DNA of 61,924 nucleotides from an uncultured Nitrososphaerales archaeon. Its GTDB lineage: Archaea; Thermoproteota; Nitrososphaeria; Conexivisphaerales; UBA164. The notes below the pieces were generated by a model that saw only the letters and a list, made by a program, of their open reading frames with translations, did not search any database and was not told the origin of the DNA. The stretch spans positions 1 to 61,924 of the forward strand of contig CAYFJA010000002.1 of NCBI GenBank assembly GCA_964343315.1. Direction: 5' to 3'. Numbering within the stretch: position 1 is the stretch's first letter; every line of letters begins with the position of its first letter. Positions 37,394-46,761 of this stretch are shown in pieces. The translations under genes and the position numbers were made by a program.

Positions 37394-37945
37394 TCAGCTT
37401 CTTGCAAATGAGCTTATCGCTTTAGCTAGCCTAATGGAGTTATCTATAAGCTGGGCTATATATCTCTTTGAAGCTTCGTCTGTAAGCTTTCCCTCTGAGT
37501 CAAACTTCTTGTCGGCGTTTACCACAAACACTTCTGGCCCAGGAACAAGGATGGCGCCCAAGCTCTTCAAAACTATCCAGAGGTGCTCCTGAGCCCTCGG
37601 CCCTCCCAAGGATCCTGTAGAAGCAGACATGGTTGCCACAACCTTCCACTGAAACGGATTGCTTTCTAAAGGATATGAAACCCAATCAAGCAAGCTCTTT
37701 AAAGACGCTGAATAGCTGTGGTTGTGCTCTGGCGTTGATATGAAAACAAGGTCGGCTGAGCGTATCTTTTCTTTCAGCGACCTTATCTCCTGAGGCTCTT
37801 CTCCGCTTTCTCTGTACAAAGGATAGCTTCCCGCTAAAACCAGCTCCTTTTCAGCCTCCTGCGGCAGCATTTCAAAAACGTTTTTTAAAAGCAATGTGTT
37901 GTAAGCCCTCTCACCCCAAGACCCAGAAATACCAAGAACCTTCAT
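37394..37945 (-). CDS. NAD(P)H-dependent FMN reductase (flavodoxin-like fold)
   Basis: MKVLGISGS...ADLVFISTPEHNHSYSASLKSLLDW pattern. Confidence 0.75.
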   Translation of the reverse strand: MKVLGISGSWGERAYNTLLLKNVFEMLPQEAEKELVLAGSYPLYRESGEEPQEIRSLKEKIRSADLVFISTPEHNHSYSASLKSLLDWVSYPLESNPFQWKVVATMSASTGSLGGPRAQEHLWIVLKSLGAILVPGPEVFVVNADKKFDSEGKLTDEASKRYIAQLIDNSIRLAKAISSFARS

Positions 37946-37975
37946 AAATGATTTTAAAAAAAGATCGTTTTAAAC

Positions 37976-38575
37976 TTAACTTATCGTTTTAATTTTCCTT
38001 TCTTTGAGCTCCACGAAAAGCCTATCCATCTTTTCTCTAGTCTTTTTTAGCTTATAGTTTGCGTCGTATATAAGCTCTTTAAAGTATTCTTTTGGCGCTA
38101 AAACAACGCCATCCTTTGCCAGTAAAGCATCTACCCTTTCCACGCTCTGAACTTCTAGGTTTACCCTTTCTTGGCTTACGCTAAGTATCCCCGAATGCTT
38201 TAGCCCAATCTTCTGGACTAAAGATAAGAGCTCGAGCGCTTTATCTAGGCTCTTTATTGAAACGTGCAGAATAAAAGGTTCTTGCTTTAAGTATATTAGG
38301 TTTTTATAAACGTTAGCTCCCTCAGTAAGAGCTTCCCAGGCTTCCTCAGGATCAACCTGATAGTGTGACTTGAAAAATATCTTCGAGAGGTTCTTCTTCC
38401 ATGAAGGATGAACGGATATGAGTATTATCCTTCCGGCGCAGGAAGATGTGCTGAAAAAATAATCAAAAGAGTTTATGAGGTCAAGCAGAGGTATAATAGG
38501 CTCATCCACCAAACCTTTCTTCTTTGCTTCCTCTAACCTTTTCATGTATTTTTCCTTTATAGAACCAAAGTCCAA
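37976..38575 (-). CDS. taw3: tRNA wyosine-derivative methyltransferase Taw3 (TYW3 family)
   Basis: VDEPIIPLLDLINS...FSTSSCAGRI signature, and ~200 aa. Confidence 0.7.
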   Translation of the reverse strand: MDFGSIKEKYMKRLEEAKKKGLVDEPIIPLLDLINSFDYFFSTSSCAGRIILISVHPSWKKNLSKIFFKSHYQVDPEEAWEALTEGANVYKNLIYLKQEPFILHVSIKSLDKALELLSLVQKIGLKHSGILSVSQERVNLEVQSVERVDALLAKDGVVLAPKEYFKELIYDANYKLKKTREKMDRLFVELKERKIKTIS

Positions 38576-38610
38576 CTTAACTTATATTTCATAATTAAAA
38601 AATAAAACGA

Positions 38611-39012
38611 TTACCTAACTAATATCACCGTTATCGGAGCGTTTGCTACAACTGACAAAGCTACAGAACCAGTGACGATGTCAGGGTTTGAGGTCAACCC
38701 CCTTGCCCCCATGATGACTGCGTCGTAGCTCCCCTCATTTATCTCCTGAAGAATTTCGTTCGCGACGCTGGAATCATAAGAAGGCCTTCTGACCTTTACG
38801 TTAAAGGGCAGCTTTCTCTTGAGCTTTTTCTCGATGACGCCCTTTACTTCTTCTTCTGTACACGCTGAACAGACGTTAAGCACAACTACCTCAGAGCCGT
38901 ACCTCATGTTAAAGTCAAGGGCCAGCTCCAGAGCCTTCACGCTAAGCTCAGAGCCGTCAACCGGAACGAGCAGCTTCCTGAACCAGAAGCTTATCTTATA
39001 AGACGGCTCCAT
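38611..39012 (-). CDS. Universal stress protein (UspA family)
   Basis: LVPVDGSELS...VIMGARGL...GSVALSVVANAPITVILVR. Confidence 0.85.
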   Translation of the reverse strand: MEPSYKISFWFRKLLVPVDGSELSVKALELALDFNMRYGSEVVVLNVCSACTEEEVKGVIEKKLKRKLPFNVKVRRPSYDSSVANEILQEINEGSYDAVIMGARGLTSNPDIVTGSVALSVVANAPITVILVR

Positions 39013-40037
39013 TACAATATCCTCCCCCTCATAAGCCCAAGGGTTTTATCCGTTAAGCTCATGGACTCTTCCTTAGGTTTTATGCCAAGGACAGCCCTTA
39101 TAGCATCTATGTTTTCGGGGACAACGATTGATTCTTGGTGAACAGCGTATGTTAGAGCAAGCTCGCTTCCTGACGCATAAACAGAACCTTCAAACAGAAC
39201 AACTTCAGGAACATCGTTTCTAAGCCTCCCCAAATCCCTCATTATTTCTATCACCTCAGCTGTAGACGCAACTTTAGATACTTTGCTAAGGGAGACTATC
39301 CTCCTGGAGCCTGTTAAGGCTTCTAGCGCTTTTTCTTTATCAGCGCTACCCTCTACTTCTATATTTAGCGCGTGAACGTGCATAAGCGTGGTTGGAACCA
39401 CGTATGCCATGGTAAATATATCCAAATCCCTTAAAACTGTCTTTACGTCGAGGGCGTGATGGCTAGGAAGATCCACTGGGTTTAGAGTAACTGAATTTAT
39501 CGGACCTTTCTTAACTTCCCTAGGATCGGCGGCCCTCCTTATCAGTACAGCCCTAGCCTTCTTTATTTTATAGAGATTCTTAAGAGAACACAGAACCCTT
39601 AACAAAGCGGTAGTGTTGCAAGATACGACCCTCACGAACCTTTTGCCTATGGCTTCTTCAAAGTTGCAAAGGGAAGAAAAGGAAACCTCAGCTACTTCCG
39701 CTTCTTCCCCTCCCTGGAAAATTGCCGGCTTCTTTAATTTTTCATATATCTGTTTGTTTTTAGCGCCCACCCCATCGGGAGTTGCGTCTACAACTATGTC
39801 TGAGGCCGATACCATGTCTTCAACAGTCCCCTCAACGTTTAACCCAGCCTCCTTAAATTTTTCTAAGTTTTCCTTTGGAGCAAATATTCTTATGCCTTTT
39901 CTTTCAGCTAAAAAGGCTTCGTAATCTGGGTTTAGCTTGGCTACGCCTACTAGCTCCATGTCTTCCTGCTTTAAAACAGCTTCAGCTACCCTTTTTCCTA
40001 TGGTCCCATATCCGTTGACCGCTACCTTAACCTTCAT
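39012..40037 (-). CDS. gap: Glyceraldehyde-3-phosphate dehydrogenase, archaeal type II
   Basis: VAVNGYGTIGKRVA Rossmann motif, catalytic VSCNTT, and 341 aa typical of archaeal GAPDH. Confidence 0.9.
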   Translation of the reverse strand: MKVKVAVNGYGTIGKRVAEAVLKQEDMELVGVAKLNPDYEAFLAERKGIRIFAPKENLEKFKEAGLNVEGTVEDMVSASDIVVDATPDGVGAKNKQIYEKLKKPAIFQGGEEAEVAEVSFSSLCNFEEAIGKRFVRVVSCNTTALLRVLCSLKNLYKIKKARAVLIRRAADPREVKKGPINSVTLNPVDLPSHHALDVKTVLRDLDIFTMAYVVPTTLMHVHALNIEVEGSADKEKALEALTGSRRIVSLSKVSKVASTAEVIEIMRDLGRLRNDVPEVVLFEGSVYASGSELALTYAVHQESIVVPENIDAIRAVLGIKPKEESMSLTDKTLGLMRGRIL

Positions 40038-41319
40038 TTTTAACCACCTTCATCGAAGCGCTCAGCGCTTCGAGGGCTGGAAGCCTTTCGCCTGCTAGGA
40101 ACAAAAGAAGCGCTCCTCCTCCGGTTGATAGGTGAGCTTTCCCTCTTGATTCGCTCAAGTTAAGAGAACTTGCCACGCTCAAAAGGTGACCTCCCCCAAC
40201 TATTACAAAAGCTTGGCTGGCAAAAGCTGTCTTTAGCAAGCTCTCAGTTCCTGCTCTGAACCTCTCGTCTTCTATTACGCCCATAGGCCCTCTTAGAACA
40301 ACTACCTTTGATTCGTTCAGCAAGGTTGAATAAACGTTTATAGTTTCTGGGCCAACGTCTTTTATCCTTCCTTTTATCTCCGTTATGTACACGCTTTCAA
40401 CCTCCCCGTTTTCTTTTTCCACCAAAAAGTCTACCGGGATCTCAACTGGCGCTCCGGAGAGAAGTATCTTTCTGGCCCTAGGAATTAAAGGAATAAGCCC
40501 GTTCTCTTCTAAAACCTTTTTATTTTCTTCCCCGATGTTTATTCCCTTTGCTAACGCGAAGACTTCGGCCACAAGCCCGCCCAAAAGTATCCTGTCTGCT
40601 ATTCTCTTCTTTGAAAGAAACTCTATTATCCTTAAGCTGTCAAGGACCTTGCCTCCTCCGAGGACAAAAACCTTAGGGGAGTCCTCGCTGTTAAAAACTT
40701 TGGATAGAGCCGTGAGCTCCCTTTCCATGAGCCTTCCTACTGCTGATGGCAAAAGCTTAGGAAATCCAACTAGGCTTGGCTGACTCCTGTGCGCTGTAGC
40801 AAACGCATCGTTAACGTATGCGTCAAAAAGAGGGGCAAGCCTCCGCACCAAGTAGGTTTTGCTCTGAACCTCAGGTTCCGCTTCAATAAGCTCCTCAGAA
40901 GCTAGCCTAATGTTGTCTAGCATCAAAACCTCTCCGCCTTTAAGGTTCTTTATTTCGTTTACCGCACAGGGCCCAAAGATATCGCTGATGAACTTAACCT
41001 CGACCCCAAGCTCTTCTTCTAAAGCCTGCCTGTGGGGCTCTAGGGTTATGAAGTCGTCGTCGCCGGGCCTTCCCTGGTGAGTCACAACAACCAACGCGCT
41101 TCCTTTATTCAAAATCTCTTTTATTGTTTGCACGTGGGCTTTTATCCTGCTTTTATCCAACAAAGACTTACTGTTAGGATCAACCGGCGAGTTAAAGTCT
41201 ACCCTAAGAAGAACTCTTTTGCCGGAAACGTCAACGTCGTCTAAGGTAGGGAGCGTCAGGTCCCAAACCTTTATCATCGACAAAGAGTTGTTTTTAATAT
41301 TTATAAATCTAAAATTCAC
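40027..41319 (-). CDS. pgk: Phosphoglycerate kinase
   Basis: VLLRVDFNSP, ATAHR and STGGGA motifs. The first 14 residues look non-native; the start is probably the Met at 41277 (MIKVWDL). Confidence 0.9.
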   Translation of the reverse strand: MNFRFINIKNNSLSMIKVWDLTLPTLDDVDVSGKRVLLRVDFNSPVDPNSKSLLDKSRIKAHVQTIKEILNKGSALVVVTHQGRPGDDDFITLEPHRQALEEELGVEVKFISDIFGPCAVNEIKNLKGGEVLMLDNIRLASEELIEAEPEVQSKTYLVRRLAPLFDAYVNDAFATAHRSQPSLVGFPKLLPSAVGRLMERELTALSKVFNSEDSPKVFVLGGGKVLDSLRIIEFLSKKRIADRILLGGLVAEVFALAKGINIGEENKKVLEENGLIPLIPRARKILLSGAPVEIPVDFLVEKENGEVESVYITEIKGRIKDVGPETINVYSTLLNESKVVVLRGPMGVIEDERFRAGTESLLKTAFASQAFVIVGGGHLLSVASSLNLSESRGKAHLSTGGGALLLFLAGERLPALEALSASMKVVKNEG

Positions 41320-43088
41320 ACGTAATAGTATTCCTTCTTCTCCTTCTGTTCTCTGTCCAGCTTGCTTCCTGGCTTGTTAACCCTGGGCCTGCCTGTCTCT
41401 TCGTCCCTTCTGTACGTAAGACCCATCTGCATCAAAAAGCTGTTCATGGCTTCTCTTTTTTGAAGGGGTCCCACAGCATATCCTGAAACATTTGGAGTCC
41501 CGTTGAAGACCATTATTGCGTCAGATATCAAATCGACCAGCATTAGGTCGTGGTCTATCACTATCCCGGCCCTGCCCTTCCTCTTTATGTACGTTGGAAG
41601 TATCCTCGATAGGGCAATCCTGTCCTCCACGTCAAGGAAGGCAGAAGGCTCGTCGAGAGCATAAAAGGTTGCGTCCTGAAGCAGGCAAGCCGCTATTGCA
41701 ACCTTCTGAAGCTCCCCTCCGCTGAGCTGGGAGAGGTATTTCTGCATAAGCTTATCTATCCTCAGGGGTCCTATCAAAAGGTTCAGGTTTTCTGTTGTGT
41801 TCCAGTCAAACTTTGATAGCACAGACTCAACCGTTGTATCTTCTAAAACTTCGAGGTACTGAGGTTTATAAGATATCTTAATTCCAACCTGGGCTTTGCC
41901 ATCGTCGTCCTTCTCAACCCCAGCTAGGACCTTCAAGAACGTTGTCTTACCTATGCCGTTTGGGCCAAGGCCCCCTATTATCTGCCCTTCCTTAACGTCC
42001 TTTCCCTCAACGGTTAAAACAAAGCCCGGATAAGATTTCTTAAAAGAAGGTATCGAGAAAAGAACGTTCGACTCCTCTGGAGGACTTAGGTCAGGGTTCT
42101 TGAACTTAATGTTGTAGGTCCTTATCCTTACGTTTTCAGCCTTAATTTCTCCCTCGATAAGGGAGTTTATCCCTTCTGAGCTGGTCATGGGCCTGGATAC
42201 TATGCCGTAAACAGCGGGCTCTCCGTAAAGTATATGAATGTAGTCGCTGGCATAGTCCAGGAAGGTCAGGTCGTGCTCAACCAAAAACACCCCCGACTTT
42301 TCTGCTATCCTCTTTATCACTTTAGCTACTGCGTGCCTGTTGAATACATCAAGGTATGAGCTCGGCTCATCAAGGAAGTAATAGTCTGCCTTTCTCGTTA
42401 GAGCTACGGCAACCGCAACCTTCTGAAGCTCTCCCCCGCTCAGCTCTGAAACCTGCTTTTCAGCTATCTTGTCGATTTCAAGCTCTTTGATTATCTCTTC
42501 GTTCTCTCCTTCAGAGTACTTTTCGATCAGCTCCTTTGCTGTACCTTTGAAGACCTTGGGGATCTCATAAATCGCCTGTGGCTTTATTGAGACCTTGATC
42601 TCCCCGTTCTTTAAAGCTCTGAAATAGTCTGCAAATACTGTCCCCTTGAAAAACTTTATTACATCATCCATGGTTACCTGCCCTTCGTAGTTCCCGAGGT
42701 TGGGAACAAGGCTGCCTGAGAGGATCTTCAAGGCTGTGCTCTTCCCGATGCCGTTCATCCCAACAGCCCCCACAACCTTTCCCTTTCTTAGCATAGGAAG
42801 CCTGTACAGCCTGAATGAGTTTGGCCCGTACTGATGGACCTTCTCTTTGCCGAACTCGCTGGGCAAATTGACTATTCTTATTGCTTCATATGGACACTTC
42901 TTTTCGCAGATCCCGCATCCAATGCACAGGGCTTCGTTTATAACAGGATACCCGTCTTCCCCAAACTCAACGACCTTTTTGCCTGAAATCTGCGGCGGAC
43001 AGAACCTCTGACACTCGTGGTTGCACTTGTCGAACCTACAAGAATCCCTGTCTATGACTGCAACCTTCAGGCTAGTCATATAATTCAC
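41316..43088 (-). CDS. abce1: ABCE1 / RNase L inhibitor ribosome-recycling ATPase
   Basis: An N-terminal 2x[4Fe-4S] Cys cluster (CIGCGICEKKCP), two ABC cassettes (GMNGIGKST, GPNGIGKTT) and two LSGGELQ signatures. The track start is GTG at 43088. ATG at 43079, preceded by AGGUGA, is more likely. Confidence 0.95.
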   Translation of the reverse strand: MNYMTSLKVAVIDRDSCRFDKCNHECQRFCPPQISGKKVVEFGEDGYPVINEALCIGCGICEKKCPYEAIRIVNLPSEFGKEKVHQYGPNSFRLYRLPMLRKGKVVGAVGMNGIGKSTALKILSGSLVPNLGNYEGQVTMDDVIKFFKGTVFADYFRALKNGEIKVSIKPQAIYEIPKVFKGTAKELIEKYSEGENEEIIKELEIDKIAEKQVSELSGGELQKVAVAVALTRKADYYFLDEPSSYLDVFNRHAVAKVIKRIAEKSGVFLVEHDLTFLDYASDYIHILYGEPAVYGIVSRPMTSSEGINSLIEGEIKAENVRIRTYNIKFKNPDLSPPEESNVLFSIPSFKKSYPGFVLTVEGKDVKEGQIIGGLGPNGIGKTTFLKVLAGVEKDDDGKAQVGIKISYKPQYLEVLEDTTVESVLSKFDWNTTENLNLLIGPLRIDKLMQKYLSQLSGGELQKVAIAACLLQDATFYALDEPSAFLDVEDRIALSRILPTYIKRKGRAGIVIDHDLMLVDLISDAIMVFNGTPNVSGYAVGPLQKREAMNSFLMQMGLTYRRDEETGRPRVNKPGSKLDREQKEKKEYYYV

Positions 43089-43093
43089 CTAAA

Positions 43094-43162
43094 ATGGGGT
43101 CAGATCGTCGCGAGGTCCTCATAGCCTTTGCTCAGACTGGAGCGGTGTAGCCTCATCCCCAC
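43094..43162 (-). ncRNA. C/D-box sRNA candidate (2'-O-methylation guide), 69 nt, directly upstream of abce1
   Basis: The minus strand reads GUGGGG-AUGAGGC-(14 nt)-CUGA-(9 nt)-AUGAGGA-(12 nt)-CUGA-CCCCAU. These are near-consensus C and C' boxes, exact D' and D boxes, a canonical 12-nt D guide, and a 6-bp terminal stem (GUGGGG/CCCCAU). It is a GC-rich island in an AT-rich spacer. A TTAAA-type box lies about 22-32 nt upstream (43182..43195). Confidence 0.55.
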
Positions 43163-43328
43163 TTTTTTCTTTAAATACATGAATTTAACTTTAACTAAAA
43201 TAACATGATTTTTCAAACCGTAACTTTTCAAATAAATCCATTTTATCGTTTAAATTCCTAAAGCTTTGTTCATTTTACAAAAATTTTACGCAGCTCTTGG
43301 GTTAAGCAACGCTAACAGATTAAAGCAG

Positions 43329-44120
43329 TTAAATTCTTTCTATTAAATCCTTGTACCAGCTAGCGTCCTGCTGAAGCAGCTCTGGAACGCTCAGGTCTAT
43401 CCTCATTGGGGTCACAGAGATTTCTTCTAGCTCAAACACGGCCTGCGCGTCAGAACCCTCAGGGTACTTACCAAGCCTCTTTCCCCAAAGCCAGTAATAC
43501 TCCCTGCCCCTCGGATCAAGCCTCTTGTCGAGGTAGTGGTCGTATTTTATGGGAGAGATGCTCGTTATCCTTGCCTTTGTTTTCTCAGTAACTTTTATCG
43601 GAAAGTTAACGTTGAGGAGCTGGGAGTTTGACGGAAGCCCCCTTTCAAGCACAAACTTAGCTATCTTTGAAGCTACTTCTGCTGGCTTTTCAAACTCATC
43701 TAAGCTTACGTAAGGGTAGAGTATGTACTCGTCGCTTATCCTTTTTGAGAACGCTATCGCTTTGTACCCCAATATAGCAGCCTGAAGGGCTCCTGCCACT
43801 GTTCCGCTAGAATATATGTCCTGCAGACCTGTGTTGTCGCCCAAGTTTATCCCAGTTGCAACGAGGTCAGGCTTTTTATCCAAAGTTATGTGGGCGATGA
43901 CTATCGCGTCAGCAGGCGAACCTGAGCAGATTAAGCCCTTTACGCCCTCTATTTCTGCATTCCTGATCCTTAAAGGCTTGTGAAAAGTTAAGCTCATGCT
44001 GCTTCCGCTTCTTGGGCCTTCTGGTATAGCGAAAGTTACTTCATCTATTTTTGATAGCTGTCTTATTAAAGACCTTAATCCAGGGCTGGCAGGGCCATCG
44101 TCGTTGCTAACAAGAATCAT
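43329..44120 (-). CDS. surE: 5'/3'-nucleotidase SurE
   Basis: MILVSNDDGPASPGL N-terminal signature, GINLGDN and YSGTVAGA. Confidence 0.9.
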   Translation of the reverse strand: MILVSNDDGPASPGLRSLIRQLSKIDEVTFAIPEGPRSGSSMSLTFHKPLRIRNAEIEGVKGLICSGSPADAIVIAHITLDKKPDLVATGINLGDNTGLQDIYSSGTVAGALQAAILGYKAIAFSKRISDEYILYPYVSLDEFEKPAEVASKIAKFVLERGLPSNSQLLNVNFPIKVTEKTKARITSISPIKYDHYLDKRLDPRGREYYWLWGKRLGKYPEGSDAQAVFELEEISVTPMRIDLSVPELLQQDASWYKDLIERI

Positions 44121-44127
44121 TTTCCAT

Positions 44128-44334
44128 CTATAAGTACACTATCTTTTCCTTGTCTTTAAACTCAGCTAAGATTTTGTCGGCTTCCTCGGGGCTTCCGACG
44201 TAAGTGTAAAGGTACTTCTTCATCCTGAGCTTTATCTTTGAATAATCCTTTCTCTTAACCACTATTATCTTTTTAGCGCTCTTCATCAGCTCCATCAAGG
44301 TCTGTAAGTCGTAGATCTGCCTAGGCATAAGCAC
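44128..44334 (-). CDS. rpl38e: Ribosomal protein L38e
   Basis: MPRQI...KIKLRMKKYLYTYVGSPEEADKI aligns with eukaryotic RPL38 (MPRKI...[24 protein letters not shown]). Confidence 0.8.
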   Translation of the reverse strand: MLMPRQIYDLQTLMELMKSAKKIIVVKRKDYSKIKLRMKKYLYTYVGSPEEADKILAEFKDKEKIVYL

Positions 44335-44380
44335 TTTTTTATCGCCCTACATTTATATTTTACTTAATTTAATTAACGGC

Positions 44381-45352
44381 ATGGCCAAGCTTAGCCTAGA
44401 TGCCCTGAAAAAATACGTTTTCTCTAGAAGCGGGGCGAAGCTTGATGAAGTTATAAGGGGTCCAGGCGTAGGTGAAGATGCGGCGGTGGTAAAGGTTGAT
44501 GGCCTTTACTTGGTTGCTCACACAGACCCCATAACTGCCGCGAGGAAAAACCTCGGAAAGCTAGCCATTTACGTATCTTCTAACGACATTGCAGTAAAGG
44601 GGGTTAGGCCAAAGTATGCGCTCGTTAGCCTTTTGTTAAGGGAAGATGCTGATGAAAGCGAAATAGACGAAATAACTGAGCAGATAGACCAAACCTCAAA
44701 AAAGTTGGGCATAGGAGTTGTCGGGGGACACACAGAGATAGTCGAGGGGCTTAAGTTCAACGTTGCCGTCGTAACGCAGCTGGGGATATCTCAGAGGGAA
44801 CCATTAGACATTACCAATATAAAGGAAGGGGATTTGCTTATTCAGGTAAAGGAAGCAGCTATAGAAGGAACAAGCGTAATAGCTGGAGACTTTCCTGACC
44901 TTGTAGTTCAGTTTGACGAGGGCGCCCTCGAGCTCGCAGCTTCTTATGTAGACGAAGTTTCTGTTCTAAGCGAAGCTATGGATCTGGCTGAAATTGGCGT
45001 CAGGGCCATGCACGACCCGACCGAAGGCGGTTTGATCGGAGGCGCAACCGAAATGGCCCTCGCATCAGGGCTTAAAGCGGTGGTTGAGGAAGAAAAGATA
45101 CTGATCAAGCCCTTAACAAGATCTATATGCTCTCACTTGAACCTTGACCCGCTCAAGCTTCTCTCGAGCGGATCGGTGCTTGCTGCCGCTGACGGTGAAA
45201 CCGCAAAAAGAATTCTAGACAGATTTGGGGAAAAAGCTTCTGTTATAGGAAGGTTTGAGAAGGGTGAACCGTCGCTTGTGCTCATCAGGAAAGATAAGAC
45301 CGAGGTCTACAAAGAACCTCCTCAGGACGAAATCTATAAGCTTAACCCATGA
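44381..45352 (+). CDS. AIR-synthase-related protein (PurM/ThiL/HypE superfamily)
   Basis: GPGVGEDAAVVKVDGLYLVAHTDPIT and VVGGHTE motifs. Confidence 0.7.
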   Translation: MAKLSLDALKKYVFSRSGAKLDEVIRGPGVGEDAAVVKVDGLYLVAHTDPITAARKNLGKLAIYVSSNDIAVKGVRPKYALVSLLLREDADESEIDEITEQIDQTSKKLGIGVVGGHTEIVEGLKFNVAVVTQLGISQREPLDITNIKEGDLLIQVKEAAIEGTSVIAGDFPDLVVQFDEGALELAASYVDEVSVLSEAMDLAEIGVRAMHDPTEGGLIGGATEMALASGLKAVVEEEKILIKPLTRSICSHLNLDPLKLLSSGSVLAAADGETAKRILDRFGEKASVIGRFEKGEPSLVLIRKDKTEVYKEPPQDEIYKLNP

Positions 45353-46187
45353 TCTGCGCTTTCTTTTTCAGCTGCTCCAGAAGCTCCGGGACCTTGCTTA
45401 GAGGCTTTCCGGTTGCGTTGTACCTAACAGCTTGAATTTCAGCCAAAATGCTCAGAGCTATGTCTATCGGCTCTTCCCCGCCTCCTACGTCTAGGCCCAT
45501 AGGAGCTCTAAGAACCTTCAGCTTTTCCTCGTCGTAAAGCTTGTAAAGCTCGCTTAGATATCTTAAAGTTTTCACCGGGCTAGCTACAACTCCTATGTAC
45601 TTGAACTCATACTTGAGAAGCTCTTTTATTATTTCGAGCTCTTTGTCTGCAGAATAGTACATTACAGCGACGTACACGTTGCTCCCCTTGGGGATCTTTG
45701 AGACAGCTTCTTTTGGCTCTGCTACAACGATTTCTGAAGCCTCTGGAAACCTATCTTTGTTAGCGAACTCAGGCCTGTCGTCAGCAATGACTATCCTGAA
45801 GCCAAGCTGGCTTGCCAAGTTTGAAAGAGCCTTTCCTACGTGTCCGGCTCCAAATATTACGAGAACGTCTGGGGGAAGCACAACTTTAAAGTAAAGGGTA
45901 ACGGCTCCCCCGCACGCTGAGCCGAGCTCGCTTGTTGCAGGTATGTCCACGATCCCTCCCTTTCCTTCTTTTATCATCTGGACGGCTTTATCAACCGCAA
46001 ACTTTTCTAACGCTCCTCCCCCTATGGTCCCAAAGCTTGATCCGTCAGCAGAAACTATCATGAGGGACCCTTCGTGCCTCGCTGCGTGTCCCTTGTAGCT
46101 TGCAACGAAAACAAAAGCAAAGCCAACGCCTTTTTTGATCAGCTCCAGAGCTTTTTCAGCCACTTCAGCAACCTCTCTGGCAGACAT
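45342..46187 (-). CDS. XdhC/CoxI-family accessory protein with a Rossmann domain
   Basis: An N-terminal XdhC-like segment (GSLMIVSADGSSFGTIGGGALE) and VIFGAGHVGKALSNLASQLGFRIVIADDRPEF. Confidence 0.7.
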   Translation of the reverse strand: MSAREVAEVAEKALELIKKGVGFAFVFVASYKGHAARHEGSLMIVSADGSSFGTIGGGALEKFAVDKAVQMIKEGKGGIVDIPATSELGSACGGAVTLYFKVVLPPDVLVIFGAGHVGKALSNLASQLGFRIVIADDRPEFANKDRFPEASEIVVAEPKEAVSKIPKGSNVYVAVMYYSADKELEIIKELLKYEFKYIGVVASPVKTLRYLSELYKLYDEEKLKVLRAPMGLDVGGGEEPIDIALSILAEIQAVRYNATGKPLSKVPELLEQLKKKAQIMG

Positions 46188-46248
46188 AAAATAAAGTTAA
46201 CAAACCTGTTTAATAAGGATTTATATTAAACTTTTTTGTTTTAAAAAA

Positions 46249-46419
46249 TCACTTTCCCTTTAAGTATTCCGTGTACCCGCACTTACCGCAGTACCAGCGG
46301 TCTTTATGCTTGGCTAAAAATACACCCTGCCCGCACTTTGGGCAGAACCTGTTCAGCCTCTTCACAGTGCTTCCCTGTACTTGGTAAAGCTTCCAAATCT
46401 GAACTACTTTTCCCTTCAC
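46249..46419 (-). CDS. rps27ae: Ribosomal protein S27ae (zinc ribbon); below the ORF-track length cut-off
   Basis: Hand translation: [56 protein letters not shown]. The GTG start overlaps the S24e TGA (GTGA), and the S24e-S27ae gene order is conserved. Confidence 0.8.
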   Translation of the reverse strand: MKGKVVQIWKLYQVQGSTVKRLNRFCPKCGQGVFLAKHKDRWYCGKCGYTEYLKGK

Positions 46420-46733
46420 TTCTTCTCAGCCTTCTTCTTTCTCATCTCATCGTATGCCTTCTTCTTTTCCTCCTTTGGAAGCATCCTCAGCCAAATGTAC
46501 TTTTTGAGGTGCATCTTTGCCAGCTTTTCGTCATCATAAACATAGAAAAGGCCCCTCAGCTTTCTAAGCCCAAAAGATCCCTCAAGGTAAATAGGGATCA
46601 CTTTTTCAGGGCTCTTGTTCAGCTCCTTAGCGACTATTTCGACAGCCTGCTTCCTGCTTATCTTTCCGTTCCCGTCGCTAAATTCGTACTCGACCTCAAG
46701 CCTCTTTAGGAACGGGTTGTAGAAAGTTTTCAT
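46416..46733 (-). CDS. rps24e: Ribosomal protein S24e
   Basis: [13 protein letters not shown]...[15 protein letters not shown]...[13 protein letters not shown], with a Lys-rich tail. Confidence 0.8.
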   Translation of the reverse strand: MKTFYNPFLKRLEVEYEFSDGNGKISRKQAVEIVAKELNKSPEKVIPIYLEGSFGLRKLRGLFYVYDDEKLAKMHLKKYIWLRMLPKEEKKKAYDEMRKKKAEKK

Positions 46734-46761
46734 CCTCTCTTAACATACAAAAGATTTGCTT

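Noticed and set aside
40027-41319. N-terminal 14-aa extension of PGK, and the GTG/extended starts of abce1, nurA and the radA-like gene, as real extensions
   Set aside because: In each case an internal ATG has better context (an SD-like AGGUGA, a TATA-like box about 25 nt upstream, or the conserved protein N-terminus). These are most likely ORF-track over-extensions.
46338-46709. 123-aa plus-strand ORF across the S24e/S27ae region
   Set aside because: It is antisense to two clearly recognisable ribosomal protein genes. Its leucine- and serine-rich sequence is typical of the reverse frame of Lys/Glu-rich genes.
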